DNA of 64,000 nt from Octopus sinensis (taxonomy: Eukaryota). A program made the translations under genes and the position numbers. Shown here one piece after another: positions 24,400-38,654 of this stretch; position 1 is the stretch's first letter; the number at the start of each line of letters is the position of its first letter. The stretch is taken from contig NC_043012.1 in the NCBI RefSeq assembly GCF_006345805.1, forward strand, positions 42,780,001 to 42,844,000, in the 5' to 3' direction. The notes beneath the pieces are model-generated. The model worked only from the letters and a program-made list of their open reading frames with translations, had not been told where the DNA came from and did not search any database.

Positions 24400-24660
24400 A
24401 CATCATTTAGTGTCTATTTTTCATGCTGGCACACACCGTGACTAGTTCCTATGGCTGAATGCTCTTCCTAACGCCAACCACTCCAAGAGTATAGTGGGTG
24501 CTTTTTACGTGTCATCAGCACTGTCCACGATTACGATTTCACTTGGCCTGACGAGTCTTCTCAAGCACAGCAAACAACTAAAGGTCTCGATCATTTGTCA
24601 TTACCTCCGTGAGACCCAACATCCGAAGATCATGCTTGAATCCTTTGTCCCATGTCTTTC
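24400..24660 (-). mobile_element. RTE 3' end fragment
   Basis: catcaacatcatttagtgtc tail and cttcctaacgccaaccactcc 3'UTR in antisense. Confidence 0.7.
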
Positions 24661-24770
24661 TAGGTCTATCTCTTCCAGAGGTTTATTCCACAGTTATTGA
24701 TCAGCACTTCTTCATGCAGCTGTCCTCGTCCATATGCATATATACTTATATGTACATATTTATAGATATG

Positions 24771-24820
<50 letters not shown>

Positions 24821-24879
24821 TATAATCATCATTTAGCGTCTGTTGTCTATGCTGGCATGGATTGGACATATATATATAG

Positions 24880-26430
24880 TTGCAGAAAGGTTCATAGCTC
24901 AATTAGGGAGAAAGTTAGCATAGATGAGATGCAGTTTGGATTTGTGTCAGGGAGAAGCACCACCGATGCTATCTTCCTGGTGAGGCAACTGCAGGAGAAA
25001 TACCTGGCCAAAAATAAATCTCTGTTTCTGGCTTTCATTGACATGGAGAAAGCCTTTGATAGGGTCCCCCACTCCCTTATCTGATGGGCAATGTGGAAGC
25101 TAAGGATAGATGAGTGGTTAAAGATAGCTGCACAAGTAATATACATGGATGCTGTTAGTATGGTGAGAGTTGCCAATGAGTATAGCATGGAGTTCAGTGT
25201 ACAATTAAAAGTTCACCAGTGGTCAGTTCTTAGCCCGCTCTCTCTCTAAGCTGTAACTGAGGAGTTTAAGACTGGCTGTTCCTGGGAGCTCCTCTATGCT
25301 GATGACCTTGTTCTTATTGCTGAATCACTACAAGAACTAGAGAAAAAATTTCAGGTATGGAAGTAAGGTCTGGAATCAAAGGGCCTTAGAGTTAACATAG
25401 CAAAGACCAAAGTATTGATAAGTAACAAATTGCAGGTACCTTCAGGGAGATGGCCCTGCTCGTTCTGTAGTAAAGGCATAGGTAGAAACTCCATAAGATG
25501 TACTTGGTGTAAGCTATGGACACATAACAGGTGCAGCAATATCAGAAGAAGGTTAACAGGGAAAATAGTCTACATGTGGCAGATGTGCAGGTACTTTAAA
25601 CTCCAGGAATGTATGAAAAATAGATATCCTCAAATGTCAGGGATGATCCTTAGAAGTAGTAGATGCTTTCTGTTACTTGGATGATCAAGTTATTAGTGGG
25701 GGTTCTGAAAGCTTAGCTATTAGAATAAGAATTGGCTGGGTGAAGTTCAGATAGCTACTACCTCTGTTAGTAGCAAAGGGCTTCTCTCTCAGTGGGAGGC
25801 AGATTGTATGATGCCTGTGTATGGACAGCTATGCTACATGGCAGTGAGATGTGGACTGTGACTACTGAGGATATGCAAAGACTTGAAAGAAATTAAGCCA
25901 GTATGATTTGCTGGATGGGTAATGTCAGTGTGCATATACAACAGTGTGATTTGAGAAAAACTGGGTATATGTAGCATCAAATGTAGTGTGTAAGAGAGAA
26001 GACTGTGGTGGTATGGCCATGTAATGCATATCAATGTGAACAGTAGCATCAAGGTGTTGAACTCTAATTGTAGAGGGAACGTGTGGAAGGGATAGACCCA
26101 GGAAGATGCGGGACAAAGAAAGGATCTACAAACATTGGGACTCGCAGAAGAGATGACAAGGGACCAAAACTCTTTGCAGCTTTTTCCGTGCTTGAAAAGA
26201 CACGTTTAAATTCATCCCTTGCAACCCTCTCCAGCCAAGCATCCCCAATCTTGTGGATCGTAAGTGCTGGTGCCATTTAAAATGCACCCAGTATACTCTG
26301 TAAAGTGGTTGGCATTATGAAGGGCATCCAGCTGTAAAAACCATGCCAAAACAGCCCTTCAGCTGGTCAGCTTCTATCAAACTGTCCAACTCATGCCAGC
26401 ATAAAAAACAGACATTAAATGATGATGACA
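24880..26430 (+). mobile_element. Decayed RTE LINE, RT to 3' tail
   Basis: EMQFGFVSGRSTTDAIFLVRQLQEKY...DMEKAFDRVP, WELLYADD; ends ttaaatgatgatg. Confidence 0.88.
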
Positions 26431-26439
26431 TATATATAT

Positions 26440-27400
26440 ATATCGAAGCCTTTGATATTACTCAAAGCCTTTGATGAAATAGAAGGGGATATAGCTTCAC
26501 ACGGTGTAGAAGACAACTGGAGGCTTCTACAGGACAACCTGCTGAGAGCTACTGACCAGATCTGTAGATGGTGCAAACTCCCCTCTCTATCCAAAATAAC
26601 ATGGTGGTGGAACAATGTTGTAGACAGGGCTATTAGAAAAAAGAAACCAGCTTGGAAGAACGGTGGTAGCAGGGAACTGTATCAGACTGCCAGAAGTGAA
26701 GCTAGGAGACAGGTTTATTTAGCCAGAGGGGAAGCAGATAAGAAAAATTTGTCAATGTTCTGAGCCGTGATGACCAAAGACTTGAGGTATTTTGTGTTGT
26801 AAGACAGTGTGTGAGAGAGAATCATGATGTTGTAGGAGAGAAATGTGTCCGCATGGATGATGGTTCTCTTGCACTAAATGAGGCTGCAAAGAGAGAGGTT
26901 TGGAGATGCCACTATGAAAGGTTGCTCAATAAAAAAAATGAATGGGAGAAAGAGAGTCTGCCGAATGTCAACCCAACAGAGGGACCAGCTATCCGATTTG
27001 ACAGTATCTTGGTAGATAAAGCAGTTAAGAGTATGAAGACAGGAAAAGCCCCCGGTCAATCAGGAATTACTGCAGAGATGCTCAAAATATCTGGCAGTGT
27101 CGGCTATAGCCTAGTCACCCAGTGATACATGAAGGAGTCATACCCAATGACTGGTGAAGCAGCATAATAGTCAACTGCTACAAAGGTAAAGGTGATGCTT
27201 TAGATACAAATAATTAGAGAGTTATGTGACGGTGGCACATAAAAGCATCCGCTACACTCTTGTAGTGGTTGGCATTAAGGAGGGCATCCAGTTGTAAAAA
27301 CTGCCAAATCAGATTGGAGTCTGGTTTGCCAGACCTCAGTCAAATCGTCCAACCCATGCTAGCATGGAAAGCAGACGTTAAATGATTATGATGATGATGA
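26440..27400 (+). mobile_element. Internally deleted RTE LINE
   Basis: ...WRCHYERLLNK...KAPGQSGITAEMLK...NCYKGKGDA joined directly to the 3'UTR and (ATG)n tail. Confidence 0.8.
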
Positions 27401-27414
27401 TTTATATATATATA

Positions 27415-27479
<65 letters not shown>

Positions 27480-27574
27480 TATATAGTTATATATATATAT
27501 ATATATTAACAATATTAAGGAACGGCCATAATAGGCCATTCACCCACTAGAAATAACAGCCAAAGCTTCTACCG

Positions 27575-27674
27575 NNNNNNNNNNNNNNNNNNNNNNNNNN
27601 NNNNNNNNNNNNNNNNNNNNNNNNNNNNNNNNNNNNNNNNNNNNNNNNNNNNNNNNNNNNNNNNNNNNNNNNNN
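27575..27674. other. Assembly gap (100 N)
   Basis: Run of N; true length unknown. Confidence 1.
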
Positions 27675-30600
27675 AACTGGCGTTATTCATTAGAGCCTGG
27701 GAAATGCGCCGAGGAGATAGCCCCTAGCGAGGTGATTGCAGCTGTGCCAACCGGCAGCAAGGGCCATGGAGACGGAGAACCCCCGGGTAAGGGTAGAAGA
27801 AGAGGAAGAAAGAAGATGACTGAAAGAGCTAAGGAAAAGCAGCAGGACCAAAGGGTGAAACACCAGGAATGGAAGTGGAACCGCAAAGGATGGAAACAAG
27901 CAGCGCACACTGGTGTGTAGGTTCTACCTGAGAGGTACCTGCTGGTATGGAAAGGAAGGTGCAGGCTGCCGCTTTGCACATCGGGGACCCTGCCGTAGAG
28001 ACACGATGCAGATGGACAAGCCATCAACACAAGGAAAAGGGAAGGTCCACGCACCACCTGCCCCAAAGCGGAGGTACGCAGATGTTGTGCGTGCCACAAA
28101 CCGCAAACATGATGTTGTTGAAAGGGCAGCTGCTGAGCAGCAATCTTTTTTGTGCATGGCACAAAAGATTGAACAGCAGCTGACCTGGCTTCATCAAACC
28201 CAAGCCCGCAGGTGGGACTACCCACTATATACAAGACTACCACAGCAAACAACCCAGGATGGACACCGCCGGCAACAACTACACCTCACCTCGATGCTCC
28301 TACTGAACATCAGAGGGCTGCAAACACTCAGTAACAGGACAAGATCCCGTTCTTGAGAGACTTTGTTGCATGCAATCAAGCCTTATGCATAGCACTTACA
28401 GAAACGCACCTGAAACCGGACATAAGATGTGGAGCTACACACATACCACAGTATGTTGTACTACGGACCGACAGAAAAGAAAGGAGTCATGGAGGAGTAG
28501 CTATGTACATCCGCGAGGACCTCACACCCAGGTCCTCTTGTCATACTCAAACTCGGTGTGTGACACACTAATTGTACATATAAGGCAACTTGATGTAGTT
28601 GTGTGTGCTACATATCGCCCTCCAGATGCCCCAAGCCATGTGGGCAAGTTTGAAGACTGCCTTATAAAAATAGAAGAAGTTCTAATCACATTAGAACAAC
28701 ACATAAGTGTACTTCTTATGGGAGACTTCAATCTACCCAATGTCAGATGGCCCGAGGGCCTTTCTCTCCCAGGAATGACAAGATGTGAACGACGACAGGC
28801 GAGGTCCATCCTGAACCTCATCAACACCCTGTACATGGAGCAAGTAATACTCCAGCCAACCAGGGCAGGTAACACACTGGATCTCTGCTTCACAAATAAT
28901 ATGGATCCCATCCATAATGTGAAAGTGACACCGACACTACTCTCGGATCACAACATGGTAGAGCTGACCATGTACGGGCCAAAAGAAAGCACGGACATGC
29001 AGCCTACAAGAAACCCTCAGAATCTTTCCAGCTTGAACTTCAATAAGGCAAACTGGAAACAAATTGAGAAAGAGATCCTCAAACAAAACTGGCCTGTATG
29101 TCTCTCCTCGCCGGACATCGACATGATACTTCAACAATTCATGTCTGTAATGCAAGCCAAATGCTACAAATGTGTCCCAGAGAGAAAGGCCACTGTACAC
29201 AAGAACAAAATCCCTAGAGAGAGGAAAATCTTAATGAGACGGCGGACAAAAATTTCAAATCGCCTAAACAAACAGATTGAAAGCAGTGAAAAGTCCCGCC
29301 TGAAAATAAAACTGTTGGAAATCGAAAAATGTCTGCAACTCTCCCATGAAAAAGAAAGAGCAGACAAAGAAGCCTGGGCTATAGACAACATAAAATCTAA
29401 CCCCAGAGCTTTCTACAGGTATGCCAAAGAAACAGCTACGGTGCACTGTAGGATAGGGCCACTCCTTGAAGAGGATGGCACACTTACAGGAAAACCAATG
29501 AGGGTAAGTGAAATACTGAATGAGCAATTCAAGAGTGTTTTCACTCCACCCATCGGGCATTTCCAAATCACCAATCCAACTGACTTCTTTACCACTGCAG
29601 ATATAAAATCAGAGGCGGCGACGATAAATTACATCGATATAAAGGAAGACGATGTAATAAAGGCCATAGATGAAATGAAAACAGAATCAGCTATTGGCCC
29701 CGATGGATTCCCGGCAATCCTCCTAAAAGTATATAAGAGAGTCCTAGCAAGACCACTGCAGATCCTCTTTCAGAGCTTCCTAGCAGCTGGCAAACTTCCA
29801 AAAAAACTGAAGGAAGGTAAAATATGCCCTATTCATAAAGGAGGTAGCAGAGCAGAGGCCAAGAACTACAGACCTGTCTCTCTCACCTCACACATCAGCA
29901 AGGTCATGGAACGAATAGTCAGAAGGAAACTAATCACCTTCCTTGAAGAAAATGACTTGCTGCCTGACACCCAACATGGTTTCCGACCAGGAAGAAGCTG
30001 TTTAACTCAGCTCCTACAACACTATGACTGGGTGCTGAAACAACTGCTCAACCACTCAAATGTGGAAGTCATATATCTCGACTTTGCAAAGGCCTTTGAT
30101 AAAGTCGATCATGGAATGATATGTCACAAACTGCGTGATCTTGGCATAGTTGGAAAATTGGGAGAATGGCTTCTTGACTTTCTGAAGAATAGAAGTCAGG
30201 TGGTAGCAGCCAATGGGGCCACTTCCATTAACACACAAACAGTGAGCGGTGTTCCGCAGGGCACTGTTTTGGGACCACTACTGTTCATAATAGCCCTCTC
30301 AGACATGCCCTCAGACACGCAGAGAGCCACGATCACAAGTTATGCAGATGCTCCAAAAGTTTCACAGGCAATACAGAACCCTGAAGACACTAAGCACCTG
30401 CAATGTGAGCTGGACGAAATATACAAGTGGGCTGAAAAGAATAGCATGCAGTTCAATGCTGAAAAGTTTCAAGCTTTATACTATCAGCATGCAAAACTAA
30501 ATGCAATACCCAATGAATACATTGGACCCGGAGAAATAGCAATCCCAGAGGCACAATCAGTGCGTGACCTGGGTATTTACATGAGCGATGACGCAACCTT

Positions 30601-31302
30601 TCGTGTTCATGTTGCTAAATTGGCAATGAAATGTAGACGACTGGCCGGATGGATTCTCAGAACCTTTAGAACAAGAGAACAAGAAACCATGATGGTCCTC
30701 TGGAGGACACTTGTCCTAAGCCACTTTGACTATTGCTCTCAGTTATCGTCACCATCCAGTGTCAAGTTGATCACAGAGCTCGATGTGATCCAGCGTAGCT
30801 ACACGAAGAAGATAGCCTCTATGCAGAATGTAAGCTACTGGGAAAGAGTCGAGATTAAAACTATATTCCTTGGAGCGTAGGCGGGAAAGATATGCCATAA
30901 TATACATCTGGAAGATCCTGGAGGGACGTGTCCGAAACTTTGGCATCGAGAGTTACACAAATGCCAGAACTGGGCGCCACTGCGTGGTGCCTAGGACTCC
31001 GAATTTGCCATCAAGTTGTAGGACAAGATACTGTGATAGCCTGGGCTTCCGTGGCCCACAACTCTTCAATATCCTCCCGAAGATCCTGAGAGACCTGCAT
31101 GGGGTGGATGCAGGTGTCTTTAAAATGGAACTGGATCTCTTCCTGTCAGGTGTCCCAGATGAACCAACTTCACGGCAGGAGGTGCAGATGAGGGCAGCTG
31201 CATCGAACTCTCTCATGCACCAAATGGCAGTTGCTAAAAAGCTTCCGTGAAGTGAAACCAAGTAGCAACACCAAATGGCGGTGCCCCAATCAATCAATCA
31301 AT
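27675..31302 (+). mobile_element. Near full-length CR1-like LINE with CCCH-finger ORF1, APE-RT ORF2 and (AATC)n tail
   Basis: ORF1 CRFYLRGTCWYGKEGAGCRFAH; APE ALTETHL, YRPP, GDFNLP; RT NYRPVSLTS, QHGFRPGRSC, LDFAKAFDKV, GVPQGTVLGP; tail caatcaatcaatc. The catalytic motif is mutated to YADA (30341-30352) and there are frameshifts near both ends of ORF2. Confidence 0.9.
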
Positions 31303-32255
<953 letters not shown>

Positions 32256-32370
32256 TCAGAAAAATGGCCCCCTAAGACTTTAACTTTCAACTTGCTTCAT
32301 TCATATTTTTAAGCGTTCCTACGAATTATATTCAAACTCGTTGTTCCTACGAATTATATTCAAACTCGTT

Positions 32371-34911
32371 CATCATCATCATCATCATCATTTAGCGTCC
32401 GCTTTCCATGCTAGCATGGGTTGGACGGGTCAACTGGGGTCTGTGAAGCTGGAAGGCTTCGTCAGGCCCAGTCAGATCTGGCAGTGTTTCTACGGCTGGA
32501 TGCCATTCCTAACGCCAACCACTCCGCGAGTGTAGTGGGTGTTTTTTTACGTGCCACCTGCACAGGTGCCAGACAGAGCTGGCAAACGGCAACGAACGGA
32601 TGGTGCTTTTACGTGTCACCGGCACGGGGCCAGGCGATGCTGGCAATGGACACGAACGGATGGTGCTTTTACGTGCCACCGACACGGGGCCAGACAGGGC
32701 TGGCAAACGGCCACGAACGGACGGTGCTTTTATGTGTCACCGGCACGGGGCCAGACAGAGCTGGCAAACGGCCACGAACAGACGGTGCTTTTACGTGTCA
32801 CCGGCACGGGGGCCAGCCGAGGCTGGCAACAGACATGAACGGATGGTGCTTTTACATGCCACCGACACGGGGCCAGACAGAGCTGGCAAACGGCCACGAA
32901 CGGACGGTGCTTTTACGTGTCACCGGCACGGGGCCAGGCGAGGCTGGCAATGAACACGAATGGATGGTGCTTTTACGTGCCACCGACACGGGGGCCAGAC
33001 AGAGCTGGCAAACGGCCACGAGCGAATGGTGCTTTTACGTATCACCGACATGGGTGCCAAACGAGGCTGGCAGCGGACACGAAGGGATGGGTCACTTAAC
33101 CCCTGCTTTCTGATATATGATTTGATTTTGATTGTTCTCACTGGTCTTGCCGGGTCTTCTGACGCACAGCATACTTCCATAGGTCTCGGTCTCTGGTCAT
33201 TTCCTTGGTGAGATCTAGAGTTCGAAGGTCGTGCTTCACCACCTTGACCCAGGTTTTCCTGGGTCTACCTCTTCCACAAGTCCCCTCAACTGCTAGGGTG
33301 TGGCACTTTTTCACACACCTATCTTCATCCATTGTCGCCACATGACCATACCAGCGCAATCGTCTCTCTTGCACACAACATCTGCTGCCTCGTAGGTCCA
33401 ACTTTTCTCTCCAGGTACTTACACTCTGTCGACTATGAACACTGACATTACACATCCAACGGAGCATACTAGCTTCATTTCTCGCGAGCTTAGGCATGTC
33501 CTCAGCAGTCACAGCCCATGTTTCACTGCCATGTAGCATGGCTGTTCGTACACATGCATCATACAGTCTGCCTTTTACTCTGAGCGAGAGGCCTTTAGTC
33601 ACCAACAGAGGTAAGAGCTCCCTAAACTTTGCCCAGGCTATTCTTACTCTAGCCGTTACACTTTCAGCACACCCACCCCCACTACTGACTTGGTCACCAA
33701 GATAACGGAAGCTATCAACTACTTCTAGTTTTTCCCCCTGGAAAGTGATGGAAGTTGTTTTCTGCAGATTTTCAGAGGTTAATGCTCCCGAGCATCTGCC
33801 ACATACAAAAACCATCTTCCTAGTTAGCCTTCCTATGACATTGCTGCACCTCTTATGTGTCCATAGCTTACACTTGGTGCATCTTATAGAGTTTCTACCT
33901 ACACCTTTTCTACAGATCGAGCAGGGCCATCTTCCTGAAGGCGTTTGTGATTTGTCTACCTTCCTACGACTTTGGTTTTAGCTAGGTTGACACTAAGGCC
34001 CTTTGATTCTAAACCTTGCTTTGATTCTAAACCTGAAATTTCTTCTCCAGTTCTGATAGTGACTCAGCAATTAGAGCAAGGTCATCAGCATAGAGGAGCT
34101 CCCAGGGGCATCCTGTCTTGAATTTCTCCGTTATTGCCTGGAGGACTATGATAAATAGGAGGGGGCTGAGGACTGAGCCTTGGTGGACCCCTACCTCTAC
34201 CCGGAATTCTTCACTGTACTCGTTGCCAACCCTCACCTTGCTAGCAGCGTCCCTGTACATGGCTTGCATAGCTCTCACTAACCATTCATCTATTCCTAGT
34301 TTCCTCATTGACCACCAGATAAGGGATCGGGGGACCCTGTCGAAGGCTTTCTCCATGTCAACAAAAGCCAGGTACAGGGGCTTATCTTTGGCTAGGTATT
34401 TCTCCTGCAGCTGCCTTACCAGGAATATAGCATCAGTGGTACTTTTCCCTGGCACGAACCCAAACTGCATCTCGTCTAAACTAACACTCTCTCTAATTAG
34501 TTGGCTTATGACCCTCTCCGTAACCTTCATCACCTGATCCAACAGCTTGATACCTCTGTAATTATTTGTATCTAGGGCATCACCTTTACCTTTGTAGCAG
34601 TTGACTATTATGCTGCTACACCAGTCATTGGGTATAACTCCTTCATGTATCACCTGATTAACTATACAGGTGACTAGGCTATAGCCGACACTACCAGATT
34701 TTTTGAGCATCTCTGCAGTGATACCTGATGGGCCTGGGGCTTTCCCTGTCTTCATGCTTCTAATTGCCTTAGCTACCAAGGAACTATCAACCCTGATAGC
34801 TGGTCCCTCTGTTGGGTCAACGTTCGGCAAACTCTCTTTATCCCATTCATTTTCTTTATTCAGCAACCTTTCATAGTGGCGTCTCCAAGCCTCTCTCTTT
34901 TCCTGGTACAT
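32371..34911 (-). mobile_element. 5'-truncated RTE LINE with long open RT segments and a VNTR in the 3'UTR
   Basis: ORF 34027-34911 (GVHQGSVLSPLLFII, WELLYADD), ORF 33138-33815, and the (CAT)n tail at 32371. Confidence 0.93.
32540..33085. repeat. About 61-bp tandem repeat (about 9 units)
   Basis: ggtgctttta recurs at about 32602, 32662, 32723, 32784, 32845, 32906, 32966 and 33028. Confidence 0.9.
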
Positions 34912-34949
34912 CCCAACATAGGCTACTAATTAGTGACTTCAAAATTAGG

Positions 34950-35820
34950 GCTCATCATCATCATTGTTCGATCATGGTCGAGACAATGGAATTTACTATG
35001 TTACACCAGACTTCACGGTCCATCATAGCATTACCGAGGCCCTGTTGCTGGATGCCTGTATCCTTGGAGATTACATCAGGGTAGGAGAGTGTGTGTCCTC
35101 TGGTATCGCGAGCATATGGCTTCCAGAGGAGAAGAGTAGAAATTACCGACAACATCCCAGCTATAATTTAGAAGGATGATAGATTTCACGTCCTTTTGCT
35201 CAATCTTTGCAATCACATACTTTCCACCTTTATAGCTTCAAAGATTTGGCACCAATCTCAAATCATCCCAATACCCCAAAAAAGGCGATTTATCCCTCGT
35301 CACCAACTACAGGGGTATATCTCCATTGTCAATTGCTGCAAAATTGTACAACAAACTGGTTTTAAACCATCTTGTCCCTTTTGTTGAACTTTTGCTCCGA
35401 AAGAACCAAAATGGATTCAGACATGGGCACTCAACGTTGAGCCAAATACTATGCCTACGCAGACTTATTGAAGAATCAAAAGCATTTAATTGCGATCTTG
35501 CAATGGTGTTTGTAGACTTTTCTAAAGCATTTTGACTCTGTAGAATAGGTACAAGATGTTTGAAATCCTTAAGCTCTATGGGATTCCAGACAAAATCATC
35601 TCTGCCATCAAGGTTCTCTACACAGATACGTCTTAAACCATCTTAACCCCTGATGGGGAAACATCTTTCTCAATCAAAGTCGGAATACTGCAGGGAGACA
35701 CACTCGCCCCATTTCACTTCATCATTGTCGTTGACTATGTGCTACGTATGTCAGTTGATACCGTTTCTGGTAAGGGCTTTGAAATAAAACCTAGAAGTTC
35801 CAGACACCCAGCTGAAATTA
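34950..35820. mobile_element. Second LINE family (QGDTLAP-type RT, RTE-related), 3' end on - and RT segment on +
   Basis: Minus 34950-35180 has LLLWKP...SYPDVISKDTG...AMMDREVW and an (ATG)n tail. Plus 35180-35820 has NYRGIS, QNGFR, VDFSKAFDSV and GILQGDTLAP. Confidence 0.8.
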
Positions 35821-37200
35821 GGGCTAGAAAGACTCAGAGAAATAAACCATACTGGAATAGAAGATTATGGATGCTCAAAGACTCCGCAAACTAACAGAAA
35901 TTTAGAGACATTCTAATGGAAGCCTTTGATGATAGAGAGGAGGAGGTGGTGGGGATATATAGCTTAGAGGACAATTGGAAGTTCCTGCGGGACAATCTAC
36001 TGGGGACCGCTAACCAAATCTGTGGCTTGTGCAAAGTCCCATCAGAGTTGATAACAGTATAATAAATAAGGCAATTAAGGATATGAAGACAGGGAAAACC
36101 CCTGGATCATCAGGAACCACTGCTGAGATGGTTAAAATATCTGGTGGTCTATAAGGAAGTTAGGAGTAGACAGTGGTGAATTTAGCATACAAGTAGGGGT
36201 TCATCAAGGCTCAGTTCTTAGTCTTCTCTTATTCATCATAATCCTTCAGGCCATAATGGAGGAATTCAAAACTGCATGCCCATGGGAACTGCTATATGCT
36301 GATGACCTTGCTCTTATTGCAGAATCTGAAGCAGAATTGAACAAATTCCAGGTATGAAAGCAAAACCTGGAATCAAATGGCCTTAATGCTAACCTGGCAA
36401 ACACTAAAGTTGTTGTTAGCAAGAAAGCAGATAAGACTCTTTCCATCAGGTAAATGGCCCTTCTCAGTAGGAAAGCAGTGGGAAGTAATTCCATTCACTG
36501 CACTCAGTGAAAGCTATGAACACATAAGAGATGCAGTGGAACCACAGGTGGATTAACAGATAAGGTCGCCTTCATGTGTGGCAGATGTGCAGGAACATTA
36601 AGCACTAAGTGCACACGGAACTTAGACTCTCTCAGATACCCAAGAGACTCTCTTGAGGTTGTAAATAGCTTCTGCTACTTAGGTGACCAAATTAGTAATG
36701 GTGGTGGGTGCTCTGAAAGTATTGTTTCTAGAATAAGAATAGGGTGGAGGAAGTTTTGGCAGCAAAAGGGCTCCCTCTCAGAGTGAAAGGTAGTTTTTAA
36801 ACTGCGTGTCTATGAACGACTATACTCCATGGTAGTATAGGGCTCTGAATGCAGAGGAAGTGTGTAGACTAGAGAGCAATGAAGGTAGTATGCAACATCA
36901 GTGTGCATGACCAACAAAGTGCAACTGTGTTGAGAGAAAAGTTGGGTATAAGAGGAATTAAATGTGGCATGCAAGAGAGGACATTATGTTAGTTTGGACA
37001 TGTGATGCGTATGAATGAAGACAGCTGTGTAAAGAAGTGTCAGTTGCTGAAAGTTGATAGCACCTGTAGAAGAGGGGGATCCAGGAAGACATGGGATGAA
37101 GTGGTGTGGACCAGTCTTAGGATGTTGGGGCTCATGGAGGAGATGACAATGGAATGAGATGTCTGGTGATATGAGTTTCTAGAGAGGACCTGCCCACATC
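35820..37200 (+). mobile_element. Fragmented older RTE LINE
   Basis: KTGKTPGSSGTTAEM, GVHQGSVLS, WELLYADD and YLGDQI pieces with deletions. Confidence 0.8.
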
Positions 37201-38527
37201 AGCAACACTGAATGCCAGAAGCATTGTGTCCTATCCACATGTAACAATAAAATTTTCACACCTCCTCCCCCAACAAATCAAACTGCATCTCCTCTCCTAA
37301 ACTGCATCTTTTCTATTCCTTTTTATACCCTATGATTATTTCCCACTCCCTATCCCTGCCCTCATTGCTCTGCTCACTGTATCACTGCATTACCCTCTCC
37401 TTCTTTATACTTAGGTTCTCACCAGTCACTGCAACCCCACTCCCTACTTGCGCTTTCTCAACAATACTTGACGATGTATATTATGACCTCCATACCTTGA
37501 GGGCATGCCACCATTTATGTCGCTGTTCCTTACTTTACAATCCCATCTATGCTCAGATTCCTGTTCCTTGTGAGTATTCCCTGGCACTTCACCACCATCT
37601 CTCTCTTGCTCTCTTTTGCACTCTTGCTGTCTCCTACTCCCCCCCTCTCTGGCTGGCTAGCTTGATAACTATGTATCTCCTCTATGGCAGCACACCTGTT
37701 TCTGCCCTCATTCTTGTTACTTGTCCCCTCCCCCTATCTTCCATTCTTTCCCTTTCTCTCTTCCTCTCCCTCTGTCTGTCTGTCTCTGGGTGGATAACCA
37801 AGTACCTCCTCTATAGCAAGATACCTGTTTCTGCCTCTCTAGCCTTTCATCATCTGACACTAGATCTCCTCCTCTAATGTCTCCTCCCCTCTCAAAAAGT
37901 CATTGTCTTGGAAGTTACTTGGTGACCATGCCGGTGTTGGTGCTATGTAAAAAGCATGCAGACCTCACTGTGAAGTAGTTGGCAATTGGAAGAGCATTCA
38001 GCTGCAAAAAGCAGGCCAAAACTGACCACCTGTGCTGGTGCCATGTGAAATGTGACGTGGAAGTCCACTCTGTGGGGTGGTTGGTGTTAGGAAGGACATC
38101 CAGTCGTAAAAACCATGCCAAAACTGACACAGTAGCCTGTTGTAGTCTTCTACCTGGCCGACTCCTGTCAAGTGTCCAACCCATGTCAGCATGGAAGGCA
38201 GAAGTTAAATGATGATGACACGGATGATTTAAAGCTGTACATTAATAATAGCTTTCATCATCTTTATAATACAGATTTTGATTGTTTATAGCTCATGTGT
38301 AGAATGGATATTGCAACCAGTGCTTCTACCGGACTACTAATAATCTTTGTATTGTTTCATTCAGTTAGACCATATTGTGTTACATTTCAGTCACCATAAT
38401 TCACCTTTGCAATCACCATAATGGGTTAGTTGTTTCAGCAATATTGCTCATCTAGAAAAAAAAACGTTTCAAGTTTTAGTTTTTTGTGATATGAATTGTA
38501 ATTAAAAATTTGCTTTTTTTGTTGCAG

Positions 38528-38654
38528 AGGCAGTAATCGACAGTCATTCAAAAGTGAGGATGACACTGACAGCGAGGTATTGGATCATGATTATAATATA
38601 TCATTCAGTTCAAGCAATAAAGTAATAAATAAAGGCCGATGGACTAAGAATGAG
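38528..38654 (+). CDS. MYB: Myb coding exon 2
   Basis: ttgcag|A GGC...GAG|gtaaat, 127 nt; GSNRQSFKSEDDTDSEVLDHDYNISFSSSNKVINKGRWTKNE matches the Myb N-terminus (DHDY...RWT.EE). Confidence 0.9.

Noticed and set aside
28370-30880. 836-aa ORF as an active or domesticated RT
   Set aside because: The catalytic YADD is mutated to YADA, both ends are frameshifted, and it sits within an ordinary LINE with a tail.
32540-33085. CRISPR-like appearance of regularly spaced repeats
   Set aside because: The entire unit is repeated, there are no unique spacers or cas genes, and the context is eukaryotic.
32421-33113. 230-aa ORF and overlapping ORFs with repetitive peptides
   Set aside because: They arise from the stop-poor 61-bp VNTR, antisense to an RTE 3'UTR.
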